64,000 nucleotides of DNA, taken from positions 91,038 through 155,037 of the forward strand of contig JAIYCT010000002.1 of the NCBI GenBank assembly GCA_027487865.1, given 5' to 3'. Source of the stretch: Microbacteriaceae bacterium. GTDB taxonomy: Bacteria; Actinomycetota; Actinomycetes; Actinomycetales; Microbacteriaceae. The translations under genes were made by a program, and so were the position numbers. Below the pieces are notes generated by a model that was given only the letters and a program-made list of their open reading frames with translations, ran no database searches and was not told where the DNA came from. Below are positions 47,645-56,635 of this stretch, piece after piece (within the stretch, counting starts at the first letter, position 1; each line of letters begins with the position of its first letter).

Positions 47645-49205
47645 GGTTTCTAAGCCACTTATAAAGCGCCAGTGTGCTTGCGCAATCGTCTCGGTTGTAA
47701 GCAATCACCTGGCGCTTTAGCTTTTCCGCGGCAGTCGCATCCTGAGCCAAAGTGGTTAGGTACTGGTCGTAGAACTCCATCGAACCCATCGCTTCTTTGA
47801 CGTCCGATGAGCGATCAAACTCGTAGAAGTTCTCGAGGTTTTTGATGCTGTAACGCTCCTCGGAGATCACCAGAGTGTTCTCGACCACTCGGTAAAGGTC
47901 AACAAAGACTCCGTTTTCAATCAGCTGCATAACCTCATACTCAAACTTGCCGGTTCTTGCGGCGAGCTTTTTGAGCGCAGTCTTTTCGTAGTGCGCGTAG
48001 TGGTAGATCCGACTCTCCGGGTAGCGCTTGCGATTGAGTAAAACAGTCTGCATAAATGCCTCATACGCCTGCTCTTCACCTTGGCGATCATCCGCCCAGT
48101 GGTGGAAGAAATCCCCCTTGGCATCGACCCAACCCCATAGGTATTCCAAGCCGCCAGGCTCCCCAAAGAACGTGAAGCCCTCGAGGTCAAAAAATAGATC
48201 CCCTGGGTTTGGTTCTGGCAGCTCCGCCAAAAGCTCAGGGTCGGTGACAACCTGGGAGCGCTCGCCGGTATCAAAGAAGTTTTGCTGCAACCTGGCCTGC
48301 AGGGCCAGCTTCCTAATGACCTCGGCGGGGTGCTTGTCGGTCCCAGAATCAAGTTCTGCCAGTTGGCGAATCGTGTGAATGCCCAGCTGGCCAAGTGCCT
48401 CTATATGTGCCTTCTTGATTCCTGCAACCAGCTGTAGGTGGTTGCTCTCAAATCTCATGTGTCGGCACAGCGCTGGGTACTCACACATCTCGCAGTAGCT
48501 CGATGCCTCACAAACCAATGGACCTAGGTCCGCAAGGGTCTTTGGATTCTTTTGAATCAGCGCTAAAACGCTGTCTTGATATAGGGCGCGTTTAGCAATC
48601 ATCTGAGCGATCACCGCATCGGCAGCGAATCTGGCAAACTCGCGATTTCCCAAAATCAAGCCGTGCTCCACCGGTGCTTCAAGCCCCAATTCTCTGAGCA
48701 CGTCGACGTAAAGTCCGACCTGAATCTGATAGTCGGGTTTTGCAGTGCTGGATAACTTGGCATCCCAGGCTGCATAGCCTCCGGTCCACTGACCACTCTG
48801 GATCGCGGTCAGCCCGGCGTCGGAGAATTCGAACCGGTAGTCACCGCGAATCAGAAAGTCTGGACGTCCTGAGAACTGAAGCTCCCCAGAACCACCTTTG
48901 AGGACACCCTGGTATATCACCGGCACGCCCTGCTGCATCAGCTCCAGGGTTGCCTCAAGGGTTTGGGGCTTGGGGGCTTGAACCAGTTCCCCTAGGTTCT
49001 GCAAAAGCTCCTGCTCCAAGGCGCTCTCGAATTTCATGCCGTAGCGAATTGCAAGGCTGTCCGGCTTCACATAGAACTGCTCTATCAACTCGCGCAGGCC
49101 CTTGACCTCTAACTCGCGCGCTACAGAAACTTGAGTGCAGTGTGAGCACTGGGATCGCATAAGGTCTCGAGAGTCGAAACTAAGTCCGGAAGAAGTTTTT
49201 CGCAT
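47637..49205 (-). CDS. TM0106-family RecB-like putative nuclease (Cas4-like PD-(D/E)xK Fe-S domain fused to an RNase H-like domain)
   Basis: Motifs GRPDFLI, WDAKLS (D-x-K), QIQVGLY (QxxxY), an N-terminal Cys and a C-x2-C-x5-C cluster ([10 protein letters not shown]). The C-terminal half has FFDLEG and YNRDDC. The start is set to ATG 49205 ([15 protein letters not shown]...); the longer option reaches 49289. Confidence 0.75.
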   Translation of the reverse strand: MRKTSSGLSFDSRDLMRSQCSHCTQVSVARELEVKGLRELIEQFYVKPDSLAIRYGMKFESALEQELLQNLGELVQAPKPQTLEATLELMQQGVPVIYQGVLKGGSGELQFSGRPDFLIRGDYRFEFSDAGLTAIQSGQWTGGYAAWDAKLSSTAKPDYQIQVGLYVDVLRELGLEAPVEHGLILGNREFARFAADAVIAQMIAKRALYQDSVLALIQKNPKTLADLGPLVCEASSYCEMCEYPALCRHMRFESNHLQLVAGIKKAHIEALGQLGIHTIRQLAELDSGTDKHPAEVIRKLALQARLQQNFFDTGERSQVVTDPELLAELPEPNPGDLFFDLEGFTFFGEPGGLEYLWGWVDAKGDFFHHWADDRQGEEQAYEAFMQTVLLNRKRYPESRIYHYAHYEKTALKKLAARTGKFEYEVMQLIENGVFVDLYRVVENTLVISEERYSIKNLENFYEFDRSSDVKEAMGSMEFYDQYLTTLAQDATAAEKLKRQVIAYNRDDCASTLALYKWLRNLT

Positions 49206-49301
49206 GCCTAGAGTTTGCCCCAGGGTAGTGACATTATTCGGTTGATATGTGCGGATACCCGTGCTCAGATTATGCTTGCTTACATTCACAACGGGAGCCA
49301 G

Positions 49302-49955
49302 ATGCCAAAGTCAGACCCTAAGGCCTACCGCCACGTTCTAGTGGTTGAAAACGAACCGCTAATGAGAGACCTCTTGGCTCGAGCTGTTGAATCAGCCGGT
49401 TTTGTCGTCACCACAGCTGCCAACGCGGCAGATGCCAAGCGCGCAATGAAGTCCATCGACCCTGATGCCATTGTGGTGGACATTGAACTGGGACCGGGTC
49501 CCAATGGATTTGAACTGGTTGATTCACTAAGCCCAGCCGCACACGCGGTTGGCATTGTTTACCTCACCAATCTGCCAGACCCACGCTTTGGCAAAAAAGA
49601 TGCTTCGATGGTGAAGTCCAACCAGGCTTACCTGCGCAAAGGTGCAATCCAGAATGGCCAAGAACTGGTCGATGCAATCGAGGCCGTGCTCAAAGATTCC
49701 ATAACCAAGGAATACCGTCACGATCTTGCAAGCAACCGCCCATTCTCGGCACTCTCTCGTCGTCAGGTGGAGACGCTGCAGCTGCTAAGCGAAGGTAAGA
49801 CCAACGCCCAGATCGCTGAACTTCGCGGCACCACCATCAGGGCCGTTGAGGGCATGCTCACTCGAATCTTTGAACTAATGGCCATCGATCCAAAAGACGG
49901 TAACCCCAGGGTTGAGGCAGCTAGCAAGTATCACCAGCTAAAAGAACAGGTCTAA
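49302..49955 (+). CDS. LuxR/NarL-family response regulator
   Basis: The ORF is trimmed to ATG 49302, preceded by GGGAG. It has a receiver domain (VLVVENEPLMRDLL...AIVVDIEL) and a C-terminal LuxR HTH (LSRRQVETLQLLSEGKTNAQIAELRGTTIRAVEGMLTRIF). Confidence 0.85.
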   Translation: MPKSDPKAYRHVLVVENEPLMRDLLARAVESAGFVVTTAANAADAKRAMKSIDPDAIVVDIELGPGPNGFELVDSLSPAAHAVGIVYLTNLPDPRFGKKDASMVKSNQAYLRKGAIQNGQELVDAIEAVLKDSITKEYRHDLASNRPFSALSRRQVETLQLLSEGKTNAQIAELRGTTIRAVEGMLTRIFELMAIDPKDGNPRVEAASKYHQLKEQV

Positions 49956-49958
49956 TAC

Positions 49959-51701
49959 TTGGCGCAACAAACCGTTTCTCCGTGGAGTGCTCTCGGGGGG
50001 AAGCATGCCCTGAATTGGAGATCTCACCTTTTCTTCGCGCTACCTGCTGTGATAACCGGGCTAATCAACGACTATGGTCGCCTAGGTGGCGATCCAATCA
50101 GCTGGTTCGTGGTGGTGGTGGCTGGTTTTGCAGCCACCGTTTTGTCCATCGAGCTTTTAGGTCAGGCCTACTCCAGAGTGTTTGGCAAGGCACAAGCGCC
50201 GGCCAACCTGGTCATTCTGCTGCTAGCCGGTGTAGTTCGTGGAGTAACTGTCTTCAACGTCGGAACCTTGTTGGGCGTGATGCCAGCAAGCGACATTTGG
50301 TTCCGCTTATTTGCAGCTCCGATTTATGTGGCTGCGGTCTACATGGTTTTCAATACCTTGGTTGCCTCATACCTTGCGCAGAAAGAGATAGACCAGGAGC
50401 TACGCCGTGAGCAGTACTCCCTGACTCAATCCAGGCTCGAGTTTGCTCAGGAAATTGACCGGTTACGGCTAGCCCAAAGAGCAAGAATCAGAGAGATGAT
50501 CACCCCTTCGCTCTGGGAAATTTCCAAGCACCTAAGCGATGCCCGGCTCTCCAAAGACGCATCGGCCATCGTGAGGGCTTTGCGTGGACTCAACGAAGAT
50601 GTGGTGAGACCGCTGAGCCACGAACTGGCGATGCGTTTTGATCCACCAACGCTGACCGCAGCGGCACCGTTCTTTACCAAGCTAGGCCGCCTAACGCTTC
50701 CAAAGCGAACCACCCTGGGAAACACCTTGCCGGTTGGCTGGACCGCCCTCACCGCTTTTGTGTTGGGGTTCTCGATGCTCTCGGCCTCGAGCAATCCACT
50801 GCAGGGACTGATAACGGCCCTGGTGCTAACGAGCTGGTTTGGATTGATTACCTACGGAGTGAAAGCAATAACGGTGAACCTTGATCACCCAACCTGGTTT
50901 GGCTTTTTGGTATCTATCCCTGCCGGTGCGCTAATCGGTCTTACCGCCTGGCCATTTACCTTCTGGGACACGCTTTCCCTGCCGGCGGCTTTCTTGGTGC
51001 AGTCAACTGTTTTCTTCTCAATCGCATACCCCAGCATCTATTTGATGGCGGTGGCTCAGAATCAGTCCGACATCTCACAGGCTCAGCTAAGAGGCATAGT
51101 TGAGGAGCTCAGGCTTCTAAACTCACAGCTTCGTCAACAGGTATGGCTTGATCAGAAGATGTTGGCAACCGAGCTGCACGGAAGCGTGCAGGCCACCCTG
51201 CATGCCACTGCCCTGCAGCTATCCAAGATTGACCAACCATCCATCTCAGATCTAGAAAAAGTAAAGGATGCGGTCGATAAGGCAATCTCACGACTTGGCC
51301 AGACTGAATACCTTGAGGGCGAGAGTTTTAGCCAAATCATCGAGGACATTGCCGAGGTTTGGGAAGACACCTGCGAGATTGAGTACCTAATCCAACCGGA
51401 TGCCCACGCCGTGTTGGATCAACAGCAAAGCTTGGCTAGAAGCACCGTCGAGGTATTGCGCGAGGCAATTACAAATGCCATAAAGCACGGCAAAGCCAAG
51501 TACATAAAGGTGAGCATTACCAAAAACGGCCAGCTGGTTGATCTAATCGTTGATAACGATAGCTCTGAGATCGTTACTGGCCAGCAGGGGCTTGGATCCA
51601 GCGTTATGGCCGAACTTACCCACAGCCACAAGCTCTACAAAACCAGAGGCGGCGTGAGGTTCACCGCTTCTATCGCGCTTGGGCTGCAACTCGAGCAGTA
51701 G
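49959..51701 (+). CDS. polytopic sensor histidine kinase (HisKA_3/NarX-DesK type)
   Basis: 580 aa with two blocks of TM helices separated by a coiled segment, an H-box-like ATELHGSVQATLHA, an N-box (EAITNAIKHGKA) and a G-box (GQQGLGSSV). Confidence 0.8.
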   Translation: MAQQTVSPWSALGGKHALNWRSHLFFALPAVITGLINDYGRLGGDPISWFVVVVAGFAATVLSIELLGQAYSRVFGKAQAPANLVILLLAGVVRGVTVFNVGTLLGVMPASDIWFRLFAAPIYVAAVYMVFNTLVASYLAQKEIDQELRREQYSLTQSRLEFAQEIDRLRLAQRARIREMITPSLWEISKHLSDARLSKDASAIVRALRGLNEDVVRPLSHELAMRFDPPTLTAAAPFFTKLGRLTLPKRTTLGNTLPVGWTALTAFVLGFSMLSASSNPLQGLITALVLTSWFGLITYGVKAITVNLDHPTWFGFLVSIPAGALIGLTAWPFTFWDTLSLPAAFLVQSTVFFSIAYPSIYLMAVAQNQSDISQAQLRGIVEELRLLNSQLRQQVWLDQKMLATELHGSVQATLHATALQLSKIDQPSISDLEKVKDAVDKAISRLGQTEYLEGESFSQIIEDIAEVWEDTCEIEYLIQPDAHAVLDQQQSLARSTVEVLREAITNAIKHGKAKYIKVSITKNGQLVDLIVDNDSSEIVTGQQGLGSSVMAELTHSHKLYKTRGGVRFTASIALGLQLEQ

Positions 51702-52647
51702 TCTCCGCAAGGGTCGGTGGCTCACAGCCCTTTCGCTCACAAACAATTCCAGCTGCAACAGCGGCAACCTCAGCCGCAGTTTGCAATTGAGTCGAATCTA
51801 GTTTTGCAAGCCTAGAAATCGGTTCATTACCTAGGGCGCCCACTAGATCAAGCTCAGCCAAAAGGTTCGCCATAAAGGTGTCACCAGCGCCAACTGTGTC
51901 AACCAGATTGATCTTTGGAGCTTTGGCGTGAAGCTTGTTGCCGTTCAAGAAAAGTGTTGCGCCATCACCACCGCGGGTAACAACAACCAACTTGCCACCC
52001 TGGCTCCACAAAAGTGCAATCTCATCGATGTTCGCTCCCACCGGAAGGTCATACAACCATTCGATATCGGCATCCGATGCCTTGATGATGTGGCTGTGGG
52101 CATTAATTCTTTGCACGCGAGCAAGTTCGCTCTGACGCTCAAAACCGAGGGCAGAGCGAATGTTGAGATCGTGACTCAAAGTCATCTGGCCTGTTGCGTA
52201 AAGCTCTTTTAGCCATTTCTCCAACACCAAGCCACCCGGGGCAATAGCCATCGCCAAACAGCCAAACTGCACTGCTTTGGTATCAAGGGACGCAAGCTCG
52301 ACGGCATTTGGAAGCTCAGCGTCGGTCCAGCCCCAGTCCGCGGTGCCATCAACGTAGAAGCTGTAGCTGGCTGATCCGCCGTCGCCAATGGTTGCTACCG
52401 CAAGCGTTGTCTGCTCTTTTGCATTGATGCTGTAATCGAGGTTTACACCGTTAGAACTCAAGCGCTCGCGAATCTGCTGGCCAAAGCCGTCGGATGAGAT
52501 TCGACCCATAAACCTTTGCTCAACCCCGCGCCGAGCCAGGGCCAAAGCGACGTTGGCGTTTGCTCCACCAACCACCGCTTGGTACTGACCAGAGCCATCG
52601 GCTGCGCCAATAAGGTCAATCAGCGCCTCACCAATCACCAGAATCAT
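51670..52647 (-). CDS. PfkB-family carbohydrate kinase (fructokinase-like)
   Basis: 325 aa with GEALIDL, GGANANVA and DTVGAGDTF motifs. It overlaps the kinase gene 3' end by 32 nt. Confidence 0.85.
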   Translation of the reverse strand: MILVIGEALIDLIGAADGSGQYQAVVGGANANVALALARRGVEQRFMGRISSDGFGQQIRERLSSNGVNLDYSINAKEQTTLAVATIGDGGSASYSFYVDGTADWGWTDAELPNAVELASLDTKAVQFGCLAMAIAPGGLVLEKWLKELYATGQMTLSHDLNIRSALGFERQSELARVQRINAHSHIIKASDADIEWLYDLPVGANIDEIALLWSQGGKLVVVTRGGDGATLFLNGNKLHAKAPKINLVDTVGAGDTFMANLLAELDLVGALGNEPISRLAKLDSTQLQTAAEVAAVAAGIVCERKGCEPPTLAETTARVAAQAR

Positions 52648-52669
52648 TCGGTAAGTCTAGGCTGTAGCT

Positions 52670-53692
52670 ATGAGTGAATCTAGAACCGCAAGACGGGCAA
52701 TAAAGCTTCCACTAATCGGAGTAGCTTTCCTGTGGGCCATGATGATGCTGGCCCAATACGTAGACCTCCAACGCGCGTACCCAACCTATGACAAAGACGG
52801 AGTTCAACTTCCCTACGAAATCACCCTGCAGTGGAGCGTCTATCTGCTTCTTTTGGGTATCGCCGGAGTCGCAATTGCATCGCTGCTCGGTCAGCGCATC
52901 GCGCTTGCACTAAGGGTGGAAAACGATTCTCCGCTAGCGCTTAGCGCTCACCGCTTCAACAACCTGTTTGTGATCCTGTCGCTGGTGGCAGGAGCGATAT
53001 TTGCAATCGGAAACTTCCTAGGTGCATTCAATAACTACGATTCCAGAGACACCCCACCTTGGGTGCGCATCTTTGGTGTCTATGTGCCAATCATCCTGGC
53101 TACCGCACTTGTAGTGGTCCTTATCCTGTTCGCATTTGTATTCCGCAAGGATGCTCCGGACATCTCGCCTGAGGAGCGCGATGAGGAGCGAGCAAGATTG
53201 CAGCGAGCAGTTGGACTGGCGTATGCCTCACCAATCATTGGTACCGCCATCGCAATCATCTTTGGCCTGGTGGTTTATGACACCACCCGCACCACACTGG
53301 ATGTTTGGATCTGGGTGATAATTCAGGCAATCATCGCGACCTCAATCATTATCGGAACCCGCTTTGCCGCTGAGGCAAGGTCATCCAAGCCGCTTGAGCC
53401 AAAGCCGAGAAGAACCGGAACCGCGGCAGTGAACCTAAACCTCGTGCTCTCGATTATCTTCGGAGCAGTGGTGACCATCATGGCTTTCGCCTTTGGATTT
53501 GCGGCAATTGAGGCGCTACGCGAGTGGCCACAGTGGGTCGAGGGAGACCCTAATTCGCAACAGCCGTTTGTAAATCCAATCTCGCTGACCTGGGCGTTGG
53601 AGAAACTGCTCCCAGCTCTTGTCCTGTTGTTCCTCGCAACCTTCGGTGTCTACCGGACCATGATCTCGCGAAACCGAGAAGTCAGTGCGTAG
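52670..53692 (+). CDS. polytopic membrane protein, unknown function
   Basis: 340 aa with about 8 hydrophobic helices and no recognisable motif. Confidence 0.5.
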   Translation: MSESRTARRAIKLPLIGVAFLWAMMMLAQYVDLQRAYPTYDKDGVQLPYEITLQWSVYLLLLGIAGVAIASLLGQRIALALRVENDSPLALSAHRFNNLFVILSLVAGAIFAIGNFLGAFNNYDSRDTPPWVRIFGVYVPIILATALVVVLILFAFVFRKDAPDISPEERDEERARLQRAVGLAYASPIIGTAIAIIFGLVVYDTTRTTLDVWIWVIIQAIIATSIIIGTRFAAEARSSKPLEPKPRRTGTAAVNLNLVLSIIFGAVVTIMAFAFGFAAIEALREWPQWVEGDPNSQQPFVNPISLTWALEKLLPALVLLFLATFGVYRTMISRNREVSA

Positions 53693-54326
53693 TTATTACA
53701 AGGGACTGCTATTTGACAACGATGGCGTCCTAGTTGACTCCATGCCGGGTGCAATCAGCGCCTGGCGGCAGTGGGGTGAGAAGTATCACCCAGGATTTGA
53801 ACTCACCTCAGAGCACCACGGTCGGCGTGCTCAGGATTTGGTTTTACAGATGGTGGGGGAGCAGCTTTTCAAAGAGGCCGATGACTACATCAATAAGCTC
53901 GAGCAGGACCTTGCCCACCTAACTGTTCCACTAGAAGGCTCGGTTGAATTTCTAACCTCCCTAAAACAAGGCGTTTGGACAGTGGTTACCAGTGCCAATC
54001 CAAACCTTGCAAAGGCCAGACTTAGCGCAGCCGGCATCCCAATCCCTAGCGAGCTAGTTACCGCATGGGATGTTGAAAACGGCAAACCACACCCGGAGCC
54101 ATATCTCAAAGGTGCTGCCAATCTAGGTTTCGATATTTCCGACTGCGTGGTGTTTGAAGATGCCGCTTCCGGAATACTCGCAGGACTAGAAGCAGGCGCA
54201 GGACTGCTAGTGGGTGTCACCGAGCATGCCCTTGACACTCAGGCAGACATAGTGGTTCGTTCTCTCAAGGGAATTACCTTTGTGGATGGCGAGTTAGTAA
54301 TTCCAGATTCGATTAGGTTGAGGTAA
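53685..54326 (+). CDS. HAD-IA family hydrolase (beta-phosphoglucomutase/phosphatase-like)
   Basis: 213 aa with motif I (LLFDNDGVLVDS), VVTSA and FEDAASGILAG. Confidence 0.8.
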   Translation: MRSYYKGLLFDNDGVLVDSMPGAISAWRQWGEKYHPGFELTSEHHGRRAQDLVLQMVGEQLFKEADDYINKLEQDLAHLTVPLEGSVEFLTSLKQGVWTVVTSANPNLAKARLSAAGIPIPSELVTAWDVENGKPHPEPYLKGAANLGFDISDCVVFEDAASGILAGLEAGAGLLVGVTEHALDTQADIVVRSLKGITFVDGELVIPDSIRLR

Positions 54327-54330
54327 AAAA

Positions 54331-54582
54331 ATGGCAGAAATTGAGTTCTACGGAGCAGACTGGTGCAGCGATTGCAGAAGGTCTAAGTCACTTCTAAACA
54401 CCCTTGGTGTGGAGTACGAGATGCACGACGTTGCGGAAGATGCAGCAGCTGCGGATCGCTCGAAGGAGATCTCAGGTCGCACCAATATTCCGGTGATTCG
54501 CTTCGCTGACGGCACCCACTTGGTCGAGCCAAGCGATGCCATTTTGCACGCTGAGCTAAAGCTCCGCGGCCTCGTTAGCTAA
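54331..54582 (+). CDS. glutaredoxin-like protein (mycoredoxin-like)
   Basis: 83 aa with a CSDC redox motif in FYGADWCSDCRRSK and IPVIRFADG. Confidence 0.75.
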   Translation: MAEIEFYGADWCSDCRRSKSLLNTLGVEYEMHDVAEDAAAADRSKEISGRTNIPVIRFADGTHLVEPSDAILHAELKLRGLVS

Positions 54583-54677
54583 TTTGGTTCTATCTTTTTT
54601 GACGCTTAGCGCCTAGGCTTGGAATTCGTAGTGCTAGAGGAAACCGTCCTTGGGCACGTCCCTAAGGAATCCTCAAA

Positions 54678-56471
54678 ATGCCAAAAGATTTTTCGTCGCC
54701 TTCGCGCGCGCCCAGGCCAGCTGCCGCTGGTAAAAAAAGAGCAGTAGCCCCTAAGTGGGATTCTGCACGCAGTGAGTCCCCAGCTAAGCGTGATGGCCGT
54801 AAGGGCTATGCGTCTAACAAGGGTGACTACGTTCCAAAGTCAGAGCGAATTGTTGAGGTAGATCGCAAGCCTCGCACCGCTCGTCCAGACTACGAAGCGG
54901 ACCGCAAGCCTCGCACCGCTCGCCCGGACTACGACGCTGACCGCAAGCCTCGTGCTGCCCGTGACTTTGATGGTGACCGCAAGTCTCGCACCGGTGGTCG
55001 TGACTTTGACCCAGCCCGTAAGACTTTCTCAGAGCGTCCAGATCGCGTGGCTCGCGACAACGACCGCAACCGCAGCTTCGATGGCGCTCGTGCCAAGAGC
55101 TCAACCGGCAAGACCTTCTCACAGGACGTCAAGCTAGAGCGTCTTGAGAGCGCAACCGATGCAGCTACTTTCGCAACCTTCCAGGAGATGGATCTTCCAG
55201 AGCGTCTGACCCAGGAACTTGCCAAGATGGGTGCAGCGACTCCTTTCCCAATTCAGGCGGCAACCATCCCGGTTGCAATGGCTGGACAGGATGTTCTAGG
55301 TCGCGGTAAGACCGGTAGCGGTAAGACCATCGCATTCGGTGTTCCACTGGTAGCAATGCTGGCAGCAGCCGGTAACCAGCCTCGCGAAGCTCGTAAGCCT
55401 CGTGCGCTAGTGCTAGCTCCTACTCGTGAGCTTGCAGAGCAGATCGACCGCACCCTGTCACAGCTTGCAAAGAGCGTTGGCTTTTTCACCACCACCATTT
55501 ACGGAGGTGTTCCTCAGTACCGTCAGGAGCAGGCCCTAAAGCGCGGTGTTGACATTGCAATTGCAACCCCGGGCCGCCTAGAGGACCTAATGGCTCAGGG
55601 CCTAGTTGATCTATCCGGTGTCGAGCGCATTGTTATCGATGAGGCTGACCACATGTGTGAGCTTGGCTTTGTTGAGCCGGTAACTCGCATCCTGGAGGCA
55701 ACTGGAGATTCTCAGAAGCTACTGTTCTCGGCAACCCTGGACAAGCAGGTTGCAAACCTGGTCAAGCGCTTTATGCCAAACCCATACGTCTATGAGGTAC
55801 CGGGTGAGGTAAACGAGTCTTCGGACATCGACCACATCGTGTTGACCATGGAGCCAAGAGACCGCTCACAGATCTTCCACCGCCTAGTTCAGGGCGAGGG
55901 CAAGTCAATCGTGTTCGTTCGCACCAAGGCAACCGCTGAGGCACTATCTCAGTCGCTAAACGATGCCGGTGTTTCCACCGCTCGTCTACACGGTGACCTA
56001 AACCAAGCGCAGCGCACCAAGAACCTAGAGCGCTTCACTCACGGAGCAGCTCGCGTGATGATTGCAACCGACGTTGCAGCTCGCGGTATTCACGTTGACG
56101 ATGTGAAGTTGGTTATCCAGCTTGACCTCCCAGAGGAATACAAGACTTACCTACACCGTGCAGGCCGAACCGGCCGTGCCGGTCGCTCCGGAACCGTGGT
56201 TTCGCTTGTTCCACTGGGCAGAACCCGCAAGGTTGAGGGACTTCTAGAGCGCGCTGACCGTCAGGCCAAGTACGTTCACGTAACCCCGGGCGACAAGGTG
56301 ATCACGGATCTTGCAGGACCGATTGCCCCACCACCGATTGTTGATTCCTTGGACTTTGGTGACTCTCGTTTCGAGACCACCAACAAGTCAGCGGTAAAAA
56401 AGAACTTGCGCGAGCGCAGCTCGGGAAATAAGCTATACGCAGCCAAAGACCGCCGGTTTCGTCAAAGGTAA
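54678..56471 (+). CDS. DEAD-box ATP-dependent RNA helicase with a repetitive basic N-terminal extension
   Basis: 597 aa with a Q-motif region (FPIQAA), GRGKTGSGKT, DEAD-type IDEADHM, SAT, HGDLNQAQR and HRAGRTGRAG. Confidence 0.9.
   Translation: MPKDFSSPSRAPRPAAAGKKRAVAPKWDSARSESPAKRDGRKGYASNKGDYVPKSERIVEVDRKPRTARPDYEADRKPRTARPDYDADRKPRAARDFDGDRKSRTGGRDFDPARKTFSERPDRVARDNDRNRSFDGARAKSSTGKTFSQDVKLERLESATDAATFATFQEMDLPERLTQELAKMGAATPFPIQAATIPVAMAGQDVLGRGKTGSGKTIAFGVPLVAMLAAAGNQPREARKPRALVLAPTRELAEQIDRTLSQLAKSVGFFTTTIYGGVPQYRQEQALKRGVDIAIATPGRLEDLMAQGLVDLSGVERIVIDEADHMCELGFVEPVTRILEATGDSQKLLFSATLDKQVANLVKRFMPNPYVYEVPGEVNESSDIDHIVLTMEPRDRSQIFHRLVQGEGKSIVFVRTKATAEALSQSLNDAGVSTARLHGDLNQAQRTKNLERFTHGAARVMIATDVAARGIHVDDVKLVIQLDLPEEYKTYLHRAGRTGRAGRSGTVVSLVPLGRTRKVEGLLERADRQAKYVHVTPGDKVITDLAGPIAPPPIVDSLDFGDSRFETTNKSAVKKNLRERSSGNKLYAAKDRRFRQR
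54861..55010 (+). repeat. in-frame tandem repeats (39, 39, 36 and 36 nt) encoding DRKPRTARPDY(E/D)A-type units
   Basis: Units at 54861-54899, 54900-54938, 54939-54974 and 54975-55010. The first two are nearly identical at the DNA level. Confidence 0.85.
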
Positions 56472-56493
56472 TCAAAGAAATTAGTTTCTAGAT

Positions 56494-56635
56494 TCACCTG
56501 CGTTGATTAAGGTTCACGAAAGTGAAGGCCAGCGCAGGTGAATGTAAGAAGCTTTTGAAGCTCTGAACGTTTACTCTGCGTTCGGAGCTTTTTTCTTTTA
56601 AGAACTGACCGGCACCAACACAAACAAGGAGTGCC
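56494..56635 (+). promoter_or_regulatory. rplJ (L10) leader with structured 5' domain and attenuator
   Basis: Long-range helix TCACCTGCG (56494-56502) / CGCAGGTGA (56533-56541) encloses TTCAC-GAAA-GTGAA. A terminator-like hairpin and the Shine-Dalgarno sequence AAGGAG follow. Confidence 0.6.
56560..56598 (+). terminator. attenuator/terminator hairpin inside the L10 leader
   Basis: GCTCTGAACG (56560-56569) pairs with CGTTCGGAGC (56579-56588), with one G-U pair, followed by TTTTTTCTTTT. Confidence 0.55.

Noticed and set aside
47921-48394. A 157-aa alternate-frame ORF (minus) and a 116-aa plus-strand ORF (48028-48378) within the nuclease gene.
   Set aside because: They overlap the nuclease reading frame that carries the RecB/Cas4 motifs, and show no independent signals.
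54814-55498. Minus-strand and alternate-frame ORFs over the DEAD-box helicase N-terminal repeat region.
   Set aside because: They are artefacts of the Arg/Asp/Pro codon repeats read in other frames.
47637-56471. The possibility that the nuclease, two-component system and helicase between rplA and rplJ form a defence island or single novel system.
   Set aside because: The genes are on different strands and separated by metabolic genes (PfkB kinase, HAD phosphatase, glutaredoxin-like). There is no operon structure, no repeats and no mobile-element hallmarks. The helicase looks like a housekeeping DEAD-box RNA helicase.
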